A DNA stretch of 64,000 nt. Source: Mobula hypostoma. Its lineage: Eukaryota. The notes under the pieces are model-generated. The model saw only the letters and a program-made list of their open reading frames with translations, was not told where the DNA came from and made no database searches. This document shows positions 25,201 to 39,179 of the stretch, in pieces (within the stretch, counting starts at the first letter, position 1; every line of letters starts with the position of its first letter). The stretch covers positions 115,508,001 to 115,572,000 of the forward strand of contig NC_086097.1 in assembly GCF_963921235.1 (NCBI RefSeq), in the 5' to 3' direction. Both the position numbers and the translations under genes were made by a program.

Positions 25201-26230
25201 GATGGAGTTTAATGATAAAAAATGTGAGTTGCTACATTTTGGTAGGACTAATCAAAATAGGACATACATGGTAAATGGTAGGGCATTGAAGAATGCTGTA
25301 AAACAGAAGGATCTAGGAATAATGGTGCATAATTCCCTGAAGGGGGAATCTCATGTGGATAGGGTGGTGAAGAAAGCTTTTGGTATGCTGGCCTTTATTA
25401 ACCAGAGCATTAAGTATAGGAGTTGGGATGTAATGTTAAAATTGTATAAGGCATTGGTAAGGCCAAATTTGGAGTATTGTGTACAGTTCTGGTCACCAAG
25501 TTATAGGAAAGATGTCAATAAAACTGAGAGAGTACAGAGGAGATTTACTAAAATGTTGCCTGGGTTTCATCTCCTAAGTTACAGAGAAAGGTTGAATAAG
25601 TTGGTCTTTATTCTTTGGAGCGTAGAAGGTTGAGGGGTGACTTGATAGAGGTGTTTAAAATTATGAGGGGGGTTGATAAAGTTGATGTAGATAGGCTTTT
25701 TCCATTGAGAATGGGGGAGTTTCAACCAAGAGGACATGAGTTGAGATTTGTAAGGGCAAAAGTTTAGGGGGAACTTTACTCAGAGAGTGGTAGCTGTGTG
25801 GAACAAGCTTCCAGCAGAAGTGGTTGAGGCAGGTTCAATGTTGTCGTTTAAAGTTAAATTGGATAGATATATGGACAAGAAAGGAATGGAGGGTTATGGG
25901 CTGAGTGCAGGTCGGTGGGTCTAGGTGAGAATAAGAGTTCAGCACGGACTAGAAGGGCCGAGATGGCCTGTTTCTGTGCTGTAATTGTTATATGGTTATA
26001 TGGAATGGCTAGAAATAACTCCTGCCTGAGAAAGGACCCAAACCCACTGCAATTTGCCTTCCTCCAGTAATCTCCCTGGCTCTTTACTCGAACTTGGATC
26101 ACCTGAACAATAGCAATACCTATGTGAGACTGCTGTTTATTGATTACAGCTCAGCATTCAACACCATCAACTCCTCAGTACTCATCAATGAATTTCAAAA
26201 CCTGAACTTCTGCACTTCTCTCTGCAACTG
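22230..26230 (+). mobile_element. Rex1/Babar RT fragment split by a CR1 insertion (22230-22691 and 26003-26230)
   Basis: The RT sequence (IIPVPKK..NYCPLALTS) resumes after the insertion with DP..LQFA and LLFIDYSSAFNTI. Confidence 0.75.
22692..26002 (+). mobile_element. CR1-clade LINE (SGNH esterase ORF1, APE, RT with internal deletion)
   Basis: GDSIVRG and VHIGTND in ORF1; YYRPP, GDFN and SDH in EN; KYADDTK and LVRPNLEYCVQFWSP in RT. (GGTTATAT)n tail. Flanking GAATGG repeat at 22686-22691 / 26003-26008. Confidence 0.92.
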
Positions 26231-26231
26231 C

Positions 26232-28473
26232 CTACCGTGCTATTCCACACCCTCACTTCGGGAAGTCTGATCACCTGGCTGTACTTTTACTCCCTGGGTA
26301 TAGGCAGAGACTGAAGACTGCAGCACCAGCAGTGAGGACCATGAAGGTTTGGACAAGGGAAGCTCAGGAGTGCCTATAGGACTGCTTTGAATTGGTGGAC
26401 TGGACTGTATTAAGGGATTCATCTTTGAATCTGGATGAGTATGCTGCAGTTGTTATGGACTTCATTAAAACCTGTGTGGATGTGTGTGTGCCCACAAAGA
26501 CTTACTGTACATTCCCAAACCAAAAGCTGTGGATGAACCAGGAGGTACATCATCTACTAAAGGCTAGATCTGTGGCATTCAAGTCTGTCAACTCTGGCCT
26601 GTATCAGAAAACCAGGTTTGATTTGCGGAGGGCTATTTCAAGGGCAAAGAGACAATTCGAAACGAGGTTGGAGGCGATATAACATGCACAGCAACTCTGG
26701 CAGGGTCTGCAAGATATTACTTCCAACAAAGCGAAACCCAATAGTATGAATGGCAGCGATGCTTCACTACCAGATAAACTCAATGCCTTCTATACATTCC
26801 TTGAAAGGGAGAACACAAGTACAGCTGTGAAGATTCCTGCTGCACCTGATGACCGAGTGATCTCCGTCTCAGAGGCCGATGTTAGACTGTCTTTAAAGAG
26901 AGTGAACCCTCACATGGCAGAAGGTCCTGATGGAGTATCTGGTAAGGCTCTGAAAACCCGTGCCAACCAACTAGCGGGAGTATTCAAGGACATTTTCAAC
27001 TTCTCACTGCTACCGGCAGAAGTTCCCACTTGCTTCAAAAAGGCAACGATTATACCAGTGCCTAAGAAGAATAATATGAACTGCCTTTATGACTATCGCC
27101 CGGTAGCATTCACATCGATAATGATGAAAAGCTTTGAGAGGTTGGTTATGACTAGAATGAACTACTGCCTCAGCAAGGACTTGGACCCATTGCAATTTGC
27201 CTATCCCCGCAATAGGTCAAAGGCAGATGCAATCTCAATGGCTCTCCACACGGCTTTAAACCACCTAGACAACACAAACACCTATGTCAGGATGCTGTTC
27301 ATCGACTATAGCTCAGCATTTAATACCATCATTCCCACAATCCTGATTGAGAAGTTACAGAACCTCGGCCTCTGTACCTCCCTCTGCAATTGGATCCTCA
27401 ACATCCTAACCGGAAGACCACAGTCTGTGTGGATTGGTGATAACATATCCTCCTCGCTGACAATCGGCACTGGCGCGCCTCAGGGGTGTGTGCTTAGCCC
27501 ACTGCTCTACTCCCTATATACACATGACTGTGCGGCTAGGCGTAGCTCAAATACCTTCTATAAATTTGCTGACAAAACAACCACTGTTGGTAGAAGCTCA
27601 GGTGGTGACGAGAGGGCCTACAGGAGTGAGATATGCCAACTAGTGGAGTGGTGCCACAGCAACAACCTGGCATCAACATCAGTAAGATGAAAGAGTTGAT
27701 TGTGGACTTCAGGAAGGGTAAGACGAAGGAGCACATACCAATCCTCATAGACGGATCAGAAGTGGAAAGAGTGAGCAGTGTCAAGTTCCTGGGTGTCAAG
27801 ATCTGAGGATCTAACATATAACATCCCAACATATCGATGTAGTTATAAAGAAGGCAAGACAGCGCTTATACTTTATTAGGAGTTTGAAGAGATTTAGCAT
27901 GTCAACAAATACACTCAAAAACTTCTATAGTTGTACTGTGGAGAGCATTCTGACAGGCTGCATCACTGTCTGGCATGGAGGGGCTACTGCACCGGACCGA
28001 AAGAAGCTACAGAGTGTTGTAAATCTAGTCAGCTCCATCCTGGGCACTAGCCTACAAAGTACCCAGGACATCTTTAGGTAGCGGCGTCCATTATTAAGGA
28101 CCTCCAGCACCCAGGGCATGCCCTTTACTCACTGTTACCATCAGATAGGAGATACAGAAGCCTGAAGGCACACACTCAGTGATTCAGGAACAGCTTCTTC
28201 CCCTCTGCCATCCGATTCCTAAATGGAAATTGAAGCTTTTGACACTACCTCACTTTTTTTTAATATACAGTATTACTGTTTTTGCACGTTTTTTAAAAAA
28301 TCTATTCAATATACGTAATTGATTTACTTGTTTTTTATTATTATTATTATTATTATTATGATGTTTTATTTTATTTATTTATTTTTTTTCTCTCCCTCTG
28401 CTAGATTGTGTATTGCATTGAACTATTGCTGCTGAGTTAACACGTGCTGGTGATAATAAATCTGATTCTGATT
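26232..28473 (+). mobile_element. Rex1/Babar LINE, 5'-truncated, with the longest RT ORF remnant at 26746-27690
   Basis: LFIDYSSAFNTI, GAPQGCVLSPLLYSLYTHDC and KFADKTT. (TCTGAT)n tail. Confidence 0.92.
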
Positions 28474-28479
28474 GATTTA

Positions 28480-30265
28480 CACACTGGAAGACCACATTCA
28501 TTGTAGATTGGTAATAACACCCCTTTCTCAATGACAGTCAACAGTAGTGTATCTCAGGGATGCATGCTTAGCCCACTGCTCTATTGTCTCTGCACCCAAG
28601 GCTCTGTGGCTAGGCACAGCTCAAATGCCATCTATAAATTTGCCAATGACACCATTGTTGTTGAGAGTATCTCAGATGGTGATGAAGAGTGAGGCAGATC
28701 AGCTGGTTCTGCAACAACAACCTTGCACTCAATGTCATTAAGACCAAGGAATGGATTGTGGATTTCAGGAAGGTGAAGTCAGGGGGTCACACACTAGTCC
28801 TCTTTGAGGTGTCAGCAGCTTCAAGGCTCCAATGTACAAGAATGAAAGAGGTTGCAAACTCAACCAGCTCCATCATGGACACAAGCCTCCACAGCTTTAA
28901 GGTCATCTTCAAAAGCTGGTGCCTCAAGATGGCACCATCAAGGGTGACTTAGGACCCTCACCATCTGGGACAGGGACTTCTCATAATATACAGAATCTGG
29001 GCGTCTATACCTCCCTCTGCAACCGAAAGACCACAATCTGTGCAGATTGGTAATAACATCTCCACCTCGCTGCTGACCAGTATTAGCACACCTCAGGAAT
29101 GTGTGCTTAGCCCGCTCTCTACACCATGACTGTGTGGCAAGGCACAGCTCAAATGCCATCTATAAATGTGCTGATGATACAGCCATTGTGGGCAGAATCT
29201 CACATGGTGACGAGAGGGTGTGCAGGAGTGAGGTATACCAACTGGTTGAGTGATATTACACCAACAACCTTGTAGTCAAAGAGCTGATGGTGGATTTCAG
29301 AAAGGGTAAGATAAGAGAACACCATCCAATCCTTATACAGGGAGAAGAAGTGGAGAGAGGGAGCAAGTTCAAGTTCCTGGGTGATAATATCTCTGAGGAC
29401 CTAACCTGGTCCTAGCATATTAAAACAGGTATAAAGAAGGCAAGGCAGCAGCTATATTTCATTCGGAGTTTGAGGAGATTTGGAATGTTGTCTAAAAGAC
29501 ATGGAAGTTTCTACAATGCACCATGGAGAGCATTTTGAATGGCTGCATCACCATTTGGCATGGCGGGGGGGCTACTGAATAGAATCAAAGTTAGCTGCAG
29601 AGACTAGAAAATTTAGTCAGCTCCATCATGGGTACTAGCCTCCGTAGTATCCAAGACATCTTCAAGGAGAGGTGCCTCAAAAAGGCGGCATCCACCATTA
29701 AGGGCCCCTCCATCCAGTACTTGCCTGCTTCCGACTGTTACTATCAGCAAGGAGGTACAGAAGCCTGAAGGCACACAGTCAGTTATTCAGGAACAGCTTC
29801 TTTCTCTCTGCCATCTGATTTCTGAATGGACATTGAACCCATGAACACGACCTCACTTCTTTTTCATTTATATTTTAACACCACTTATTTAATTTAACTA
29901 TTTAATAAATATATATATATACCTACTTTAATTCACAGTTTTAACCCTATATTAGCATGCATTGTACTGCTTCCGCAAAGTTACAAATTTCATGACACGT
30001 GCCAGTGATATTAGCCCTGATTCCAATTCCATTACAGAGGAAGAACAGGAACCTGAAGATGCATATTCAATATTTAGGAACAGTGCCTTCCACTCCATCA
30101 TCAGAATCATGAATTATCCATTAACCCATGAATACTACCTCCCTATTTCTCATGTTTTGTCTTATTGTAATGTATAACAACTTTTAAGTTTTGCACTGTA
30201 CCGCTGCCGTAAAACAGCAAGTTTCACGGCATATGTTGGTGATAATAAACCTGATTCTGATTCTA
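28480..30265 (+). mobile_element. Tandem pile of older Rex1/Babar 3' fragments
   Basis: Repeated PQGC.LSPLL / KFADDT regions and tails ending ctgattctga. Confidence 0.8.
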
Positions 30266-30774
30266 AAACTTTTGCCTGGAACAGGCAGTATTTGGACTAT
30301 TGTCTACAACTAACTGATATTACAGTCGATGCTATGGAGCCATGGGATACATGGGGAGAAGTGACATAACAGGCAATCTCAATGTCCTGACTTTGCACTC
30401 CGACTTCTCACAGGACTGGATTGCACCTGCACCATCCAGTCCATGTTCTCTTTTCACTATTGCCTTCGGAAAGGAAGTACAGGAGCTTTATGTCACACTA
30501 TCAGATACAGGAACAGTGATTACCTTCAACCATGGTGCTCCTGAACCAGAGTGGATAACTTCATTCACCTCAACACTGAACTGATTCCGCAACCAATGGA
30601 CTATGGACTCACTTACAAGAACTGTACATTTCATGTTCTCAGTATCGCTTACGCATTTATTTGCTTGTTTGTGAGACACCCTGGTTCCATCGGCTGCATG
30701 AGTCTTGGGGAGACAATCTCCAGCCCTGCCAAATGTGTGAAATTGAGACACGAGCCCACCCCAAAAACAGAAAA

Positions 30775-32125
30775 AATAGAACATAGAACATTGTATAGTA
30801 CAGCACAGTACAGGCCCTTCGGCCCACAATGTTGTGTCGACCCTCAAACACTGCCTCCCATATAACCCTCACCTTAAATTCCTCCATATACCTGGGTCTA
30901 GTAGTCTCTTAAACTTCACTAGTGTATCTGCCTCCACCACTGACTCAGGCAGTCTATTCCACGCACCAACCAATCTCTGAGTAAAAAACTTTCCTCTAAT
31001 ATCCCCCTTCAACTTCCCACCCCTTACCTTAAAGCCATGTCCTCTTGCATTTGAGCAGTGGTGCCCTGGGGAAGAGGCGCTGGCTGTCCACTCTATCTAT
31101 TCCTCTTAATATCTTGTATACCTCTATCATGTCTCCTCTCATCCTCCTTCCCTCCAAAGAGTAAAGCCCTAGCTCCCTTAATCTCTGATCATAATCCATA
31201 CTCTCTGAACCAGGCAGCATCCTGGTAAATCTCCTCTGTACCCTTTCCAATGCTTCCACATCCTTCCAATAGTGAGACGACCAGAACTGGACACAGTACT
31301 CCAAGTGTGGCCTAACCAGAGTTTTATAGAGCTGCATCATTACCTCGTGACCTTAAACTCTATCCCTCGACTTATGAAAGCTAACACCCCATAAGCTTTC
31401 TTAACTACCCTATCTACCTGTGAGGCAACTTTCAGGGATCTGTGGACAAGTACCCCCAGATCCCTCTGCTCCTCCACACTATCGAATATCCTCTCATTTA
31501 CTTTGTACTCTGCCTTGGAGTTTGTCCTTCCAAAGTGTACCACCTCACACTTCTCCGGGTTGAACTCAATCTGCCACTTCTCAGCCCACTTCTGCATCTT
31601 ATCAATGTCTCTCTGCAATCTTCGACAATCCTCTACACTATCTACAACACCACCAACCTTTGTGTCATCTGCAAACTTGCCAAACCACCCTTCTACCCCC
31701 ACATCCAGGTTGGTAATAAAAATCACGAGAAGTAAAGGTCCCAGAACAGATCCTTGTGGGAGACCACTAGTCACAACCCTCCAGTCCAAATGTACTCCCT
31801 CCACCATGACCCTCTGCCTTCTGCAGGCAAGCCAATTCTGAATCCACCTGGCTAAACTTCCCTGGATCCCATGCCTTCTGACTTTCTGAATAAGTCTACC
31901 ACGTGGAACCTTGTCAACTGCCTTACTAAATCCATATAGATCACATCCATTGCACTGCCCTCATCTATATGCCTGGTCACCTCCTCAAAGAACTCTATCA
32001 GGCTTGTTAGAAAAATCTGCTCTTCACAAAGCCACGCTGACTGCCCCTGATCAGACCATGATTCTCTAAATGCCCAATGATCCTATCTCTATGAATCTTT
32101 TCCAACAGCTTTCCCACCACAGATG
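30775..32125 (-). mobile_element. CR1 LINE 3' portion (RT)
   Basis: PQGSVLGP, KFADDTK and LVRPHLEYCVQFWS. (TGTTCTA)n tail. Confidence 0.92.
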
Positions 32126-32289
32126 GTGGGAATAACAATCAAATACAGAACAACATAACAGTAAAAAAAAATATGAACCAGAGTATTACACTTGTTTGTT
32201 GCTGGTTTGTTTATTTGTGTATTATTATTATTAGTTGTTTTGTTTGTGTATTTGTAGTTTCTCTTTTGCACATTGGTGGCTTTTCAGTC

Positions 32290-32820
32290 TTTGTTTTGGT
32301 GTAGTGTTGCTGAAAAAACTAATTTATGCCTTTAGATTACTGCAATGCACTCTTTACTGACCTTCCGTAGCAATCTATTGACAAACTTCAACTTATTCAG
32401 AATGCTACTGCTAGATTTTTAATTAAAACCAAGATGAGGAAGCATATTACTGCTGTCGTAGATACTCTGCAGTGGCTTCCTGCATCTTTTAGAATTGATT
32501 CTGAAGTCCTTTACTTGTTTCTAAAGCTCTCAATGGTCTGGAATGAGACTGCATCACGGAATCACTTTGGTTTTATAATCCTGCTCGATCCAGGTCTCCT
32601 TCGACTGGTCTCTGAAATTTAAACAATCTCCCTCGAAAGAAAATTGGGAAGACGAACGGTGCTCCTAAACTGTGGAACTCAATACTTAAAACTATCAGGG
32701 ATGCAGGCTGAGTTCAACATTTTTAAATGGCAGCTCAAAATCTATTTCTTTAACATTGCCTTTAACTAACACATTTTTTTCTTTCATTTTCATGTTTGCA
32801 CTTCATCCCATTGTAATGCT
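32290..32820 (+). mobile_element. Old L2-like LINE 3' fragment
   Basis: DYCNAL...LQLIQNA.AR...HIT....LQWLP..FRI and APKLWNS motifs. Confidence 0.65.
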
Positions 32821-32859
32821 CATCGAAGCTGCACCCTCTCTAACATGCTGGTAGAGAGA

Positions 32860-33520
32860 GTTTTATTTGGGTTTTCTTTAGCGCTGGAAATGGTTACATC
32901 CCGACACGTGGGACAGAAGCAAGGTCGCATTGTGTATTTCACGGACCAGCAAATTCCAGTCGGCTTAGCGAACAGAGCGGCAGACACTCCTGCTGAAATC
33001 CGGAGGAAAACACACAGAGGGGGATCACAAAGCCGAGGAAAGAGGGCCGGGTCGAGACAACAGAGACTTTTGGAGAAGAGGAGTTTGGTGGGTAATACCA
33101 TTCCACCTGACCGGAAGGGCACCGAGAGCGGTAAGTGCAAAGGAATTGGGTGCTTACTGATCTGGCTAACAACGGATGTGCAATCCGGGGTATATTACGA
33201 TCGAGGAATGTGTTTGCAGACTGGATATTGAACTTTTTACTGTTGGACTTCGGCCGCATTCCACCGTGATACAACACTTGGCGGCACGGGAGGTCGTTCC
33301 TGCCTGTGGCCATCGAACGTGCAGCTCCTCCCGTGGAGGGTCAGACACCCTGAGCCAATAGACTGGTCCTGGACTTATTTTCCATCTGGCATAGTTTGCA
33401 TTTTGTTGTTTGATTGTTGGGGTTTTTTGTATTGCTATATTTACACTCTATTCTTGGTTAGTGCGGCTGTAACGAAACCAAATTTCCCTTGGGATTAATG
33501 AAGTATATCTAGCTATCTAA
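32860..33520 (+). mobile_element. Internally deleted Rex1/Babar-like element (5' leader joined to 3' tail)
   Basis: CpG-rich 5' part encoding RRKTHRG..RGKRAG, an EN scrap DIELFTVGLRP, and the tail GGGATTAATGAAGTATATCTAGCTATCT. Confidence 0.55.
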
Positions 33521-33869
33521 AATAGATCAGCTGTATGAAAAGTGCTCCATAAATAAGTTGTTACTATTTTTTTTATCATTGCTCATTATTGACACACATT
33601 TACAATAGACTGCAGGTACTTGACTGACAGTTGAATGTATCACTGAGGAGTGTTGAGGAGTGAAGATGGCTTTTTGATATTTCATTGCTAATACTTATGG
33701 AATTATGAAGCTATATGGACACAGTGCAGTGAGCAATTCTGCCAATCAAGCTATGACCTTATAACCATTCTCAGCCCCAGTATTGGTTACTAAATCGAAG
33801 GGAAGATCAAAGCACTGGTTGTGATTGCATACTGCATACTGAATCTGCCCTGAGCTCTCAAAAATTTTT

Positions 33870-34100
33870 ATTAATTCTTATTATTTAGAGATAGAGCACA
33901 ATAACAAGACTTTAATGCCCTACGAGACCATAACACCCAATTGTACCCATATATCTTTGGAATGTGGGAGGAAACCCAAGCACCCAGAGGAAACCCATGT
34001 GGTAATGGTAGAACACACGTTCTACCAGCGGCAGAATTGAACCTGGGTCGCTGACTCAGTAATAGCCTCACGCTAACTGCTGCACTAGCGCGCTACCCCT
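33870..34100 (-). mobile_element. tRNA-derived SINE
   Basis: A-box-like TAGTGCAGCAG, B-box-like GGTTCAATTC, and core GGGTTTCCTCCCACATTCCAAAGA. Related copies at about 11700-12020, 40500-40740 and 44540-44750. Confidence 0.7.
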
Positions 34101-37039
34101 CAAACTTTAGATTTACAAAAGAGGTGTATCTGTGGTAGTGGAGAATGTGGAAAATGTTGACTCCCTGTTAGATGTCAATTTCCCAGCTATATGGGACCAC
34201 ATAGGGTTTCACTTGGAATATTTGCTCACTTCTCTAAATTCAGGGTAATCAGTGTGGAGATGCCAGGGACAGAATTCAAGACCTCATGGATACACAGCAT
34301 GTGCTCTCCCCATACTAACTAATAAATTGATAAGAACAGGTACTGCACTAGATTTCAGACAAAAAACTAAGAAGCCTTCCCTGGTAGTTGAGGCTATCAT
34401 CTGCAGCCCTGCATTTCACTATTCTAATGTTCTTTTGTCTACTTTCTCATTCCTCAACTGCAATAATTTTTCAGAGTTTTTTTTAATGATTACTTCTTAT
34501 CCTTAGGGCAACACTCAGCTCACAAACAGGAGAGATTCTGCAGATGCTGGAAATCGATGTCGACTGTGGTCGTCTGCTTCCAAGGCATCGGCAGTTGTCG
34601 GTGCCTTGGAGGTTTATGGCAGGGAGTTTCTCTCTTTTGCCGCCTGCTACCGGGGACTCAGGAGTCGATCGGGACTTGAGACTTTTTTTTGCTGTGCCCA
34701 CGGTCTGTTCTTTATCAAAATTTTGGTATTGTTTTGCACTGCTGTAACTATATGTTATAATTATGTGGTTCTGTCAGTGTTAGTCTTTGGTTTGTCCTGT
34801 TCTCTGCGCTATCACTCTGGAGGAACATCGTATCATTTCTTAATGCATGTATGCATTTCTAAATGACAATAAAAGAGGACTGAGTGCTCTTGTAATCTAA
34901 AGAAAAATCCAGAATAATACATACAAAATGCTGCAGGAACTCAGTAGATCTGGCAACATCTATGGAAGTGAGTAACCTGTCAACATTTCTGCCAAGACCC
35001 GAAACATTAACTGTTCATTCATTTTTATAGATGTGGCCTGACCTCACCACACAATCAGGGACAGTCCCATTGTCTTATCCACACTATCTATTCTACACAG
35101 ATTAACCAGAGAGTGGTGAACCTGTGGAATTCATTGCCACTGGCAGCTGTGGAGGCCAAGTCATTGGGTATATTTAAGGCTGAGGTTAATTAGTCAGGGC
35201 ACGAAAGGACATGTGGAAAAAGGCAGAAGATTCAGAAGGCAATTGGATCAGCTATGGTGAAATGGTGGAGCAGACACAATGGGCCAAATGGACTAATACT
35301 GCTCCTATATCTTATGGTCTTATGGTCTTATTAATATTAACGTGTTTTCCCTCACTCCCAATACTAATGAAGGGTTCTGAATCTGAAAAATTAACTCTAT
35401 TTTGCCAGTCTACGGATTCTGCTTAACCTGCGGAGTGTTACACAATCTTTATTTTTATCTTGGAATTTGTAGTTTCTACTTTCTCTGTTTGTATGGCAAA
35501 GTGAGGAGGAAAGTGATTAATAGAGTGAGAAGATTAGAACAGAGGGTTGTGAAGGGAATGATTCCTTTAAAATGCTGCAAGGAGAAGGGAGTTGTCGCTG
35601 TACTTACTCCTAAACAACAGTTTGCAATTAGGTGAGGGCATTAACTAAAGAACATTAATGGAAATTTTAAGAGGCACTCAACTGTTTAGCCAACCTCCAG
35701 GAAAGAGTCAATCCAGTAATTCAACATTATTGATTAAAAATTTGCATCCTGCCCAATCCTAGCTATCAGCACCTAGCTAACTGGGTTCAACATACACGCT
35801 GAAGTCCTGATGAATGGTCTTGGCTCAAAATGTTGACTCTTTTATCGCTTTCCACTGATGTTGCCAGACCTGCAGCATTCTGAGTGCGCTACTCACTCTG
35901 GATTTCCAGTATCTACAGAATCTTGTGCTTCGGAAATAAAGTCTGTCAATGATGGATATAAATGAAGCTATTTAACCCATAAGTTGGTGCCATGAGAGAC
36001 TTAAAAAAGGTGCTTTTGTGGGATTTTGCCTTTTTTGTTGACAAATTCTTGATTCATTAGCAAAGGCAAATAAAAATAAGGCAGGGACAAGCAGAGCAGC
36101 AATTGTTGGAGCAGCCATTCTGTGAGAGTAGCCCTGTTAGAATGGGGAGACTTTTAGCTCATCAGTTTTCAGCAACAATAGGTTTGGGTGACTTATGTAT
36201 CTGGCAAGCTTCCTTTACTTTAACCTTCATTTTTCGTCCATTAGTGCATAGGTAGAGCAGTGAGAATGGTTCCGGGGCTGTGGGGCCGATTAATATTAAA
36301 TGGGCATTTAAATTGGAGCTCATCATGAAGTTGTCTGTAACTCATGTGCTGGACCCTCAGTCTACATGAAAACCCACATCACCTTCTGAATGTCGCTCAA
36401 AATCCATCTTGAACAAATGGTCTCTCCCACGAGAGTACTGGTACTTCCTCCTTGAAGCAATTCATCTGCACAAAGCACCTTGTGCAACAGGTACGGCATC
36501 CTGAGCCATCTTTCCTCTTGTCTTCTCCCAGCTCCCACCAAGACCTCAGCCCACACCAGTGTCCTTCACCAGCGTCCTCTAGAACCTTCTCCCACCATCC
36601 TGACTGGCTGACACCACATTCCAAAGTTAAACAACAAAGCCCGTTAGCTCAAACCTGAACAGGCTGAAAGCAGAACAGACTGCTCTTACAATACTGCTAA
36701 AGTGGAATCCCTACAGCATATGCAGTAAAAACCTTAACCAGGGCATTATATATGTTTATTTGGAATATGGGTTTATAAAGGGAAATTGAATGTTTTGTAC
36801 ATATACAGTTTTAAGTTGCATTAATCTAAAGGCAGAGGAAGTGTAATGTCTGGATCTACAGTATTTCTTTTAGAGCAATGACCGCACACCCCCCCAGCAC
36901 TATGTATTGATCTGTTGCCTGCACTTGTGCTGTTGTCTACACATACGCATTGCTTTTTCTCTCGCTGCAATGTGAGTACACCAGTTAAAGCCATCCATCT
37001 CCTGTGTGCCTGCTTTTATATAATTGATATGTAATTGTG

Positions 37040-39179
37040 CACGGACACAACAGCGGTAAGTAGGTGACTATCAGGAGAGGGAAGGGAAATGGGTGGCCAG
37101 TAGGGAGTACCACTGTGGTAGTTCTCCTCAGTAGTAGGTATGCCACTTTGGATACTGTTGAAGTGGGTGACCTACCAGGGGGGAGCCGCAGAGACCAGAT
37201 ATCTGGCGCTGTGGCTCAGAAGAGAAGGGAGGTGAAGGGGAATACAGTAGTGGAAGGTGATTCTATTGTTAGGGGAATAGAGACACTCGGATGGTACTTT
37301 GCCTCCCAAGTACCAGGATCAGGGATGTCTCGGATCAGGTCGACGTCATTCTAAAGGGGGAGGGTGAACAACCGGAAGTCTTGGTACCTAATGGCACCAA
37401 TGATAAAGGTGAGACAAGCAAGGAGGTTCTGAAGACAGAATTGAGGGTGCTTGGTAGAAAGTTGAAAGGCAGGATCTCTAGGGAAGTGATCTCTGTATTG
37501 CTGCCTGTGCTATGGGCCAGTAAGGGTAGGAATGGAATTATATGGCAGATGAATGCGTGGCTGAGAAACTGGTGCAGGGTGCAGGGTGCAGGGTTTCTGG
37601 TTTTTGGATCACTAGGGTATCTTCTGGGGAAGGTATGACCCCTGCAAAAGTGATGGGTTACACCTGAACCCAAGCAGGACCAAAATCCTTGCAGGTTGAT
37701 TTGTTAGAGGTGTTGAGAAAGGTTTAAACTAATTTGACAGGGGTATGAAAACCGCAGTGATAGGGCTGAGGATAGGTTTAGAAGTACAGGCAGTGTGTAG
37801 CGAGACTGTCAGGACGGACAGGTGGACGAAAGGGCAAAATTTCAGTCAGTGGGATGAGTTGCAGTGTAAAAAGCGGAGAAAATCAAAAAGGGGGACAGGC
37901 ACAGGACTGAAGGTGTTATATTTGAATGCACAGAGTGTACGGGATAAAGTAAATGATCTTGTCATGCAGTTAGAGATTGGCAGTTATGACTCTGTGGGCA
38001 TCACAGAATCATGGCTGATAGAGGATTGGAAGCTTAGCATCCAAGGATTCACAATATATCACATGGACGGGGGGGCGGTGACAGAGGGAGTGGGTGGCTC
38101 TATTGATAAAAACTGAAATCAAGTCCTTAGAAAGAAGATCAGAAGAAGTAGAAACCTTGTGGGTAGAGTTAAGTAACTGCAAGGACAAAAAGACCCTGAT
38201 AGGAGTTATATATATCCCCCCAAACAGTAGCCAGGATGAGGGCTACAAATTACAATGGGCGATAGAAAAAGCATGTCAAAAGGGCAATGTTACAATAGTC
38301 ATGGGGAATTTCCATATGCAGGTAGATTGGGAAAACCAGACTGGTGCTGGCTTCCAAGACACAGAATTTGCAGACTGCCTACAAGATGGCTTTTTAGAGC
38401 ATCTTGTGGTTGAGCCCACTAGGTCATCAGCTATTCTGGATTGGTTGTTGTGTAATGAAACAGATTTGATCAGGAAACTTAAGCTTAAGGTAAAGGAACC
38501 CTTGGGAGACAATGGTCAAAATATGAACAAATTCATCCTGCAATGTGAGAAGGAGAAGCTAAAGTAGGATGTACTTGCATTATAGTGGAGTAAAGGGAAA
38601 TACAGAGGTATGAGAGAGGAGCTTTTCAAAGTCAGTTGAAAGGGGACACTGGCAGGGATGACGGCAGAGCAGCAATGGATGGAATTTCTAGGAGCAATTC
38701 AGAAAGCGCAGGATAGATACACCCCAAAGATGAAGTATTCTAAAAGCAGCATGATGCAACCGTGGCTGACGAGGGAAGTCAAAGCCAACATAAAACCAAA
38801 AGAAAGATTACATAGTAGAGCAAAAATTAGTGGGAAGTTAATAGATTGGGAAACTTTTAAAAAAACAACAGAACACAACTAAAAAAGGCATTGGGGAGGA
38901 AAGAGGAAATTAAAGATAAACTAAATAGTAATATCAGAGAATACCAAATGTATTTTCTGACAGGGATTGTATGGTCATGAACTTTTGTAGTAGGAATAAA
39001 AGCATAGACTATTTTCTAAACAGGGAGAAAAATCAAAAATCAGTGGTGCTAATGGACTTGGCAGTTATTGTGCAGTATTCCCTAAAAGTTAATTTGTAGG
39101 TTGAGTCAATGATGAAGAAGGTACAGCTTCAGAATAGAGGGGTGTCCATATAGAACAGAAATAAGGAGGAATTTCTTTA
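37040..39179 (+). mobile_element. Degraded CR1 LINE (esterase ORF1, APE, and a 3' piece), interrupted by a PLE
   Basis: GDSIVRG, GTND, LYLNAQS and ITESWL motifs. The 3' tail resumes at 40006. Confidence 0.85.

Noticed and set aside
36362..36660. Overlapping short ORFs in a unique island
   Set aside because: No recognisable product, and the splice signals conflict on both strands.
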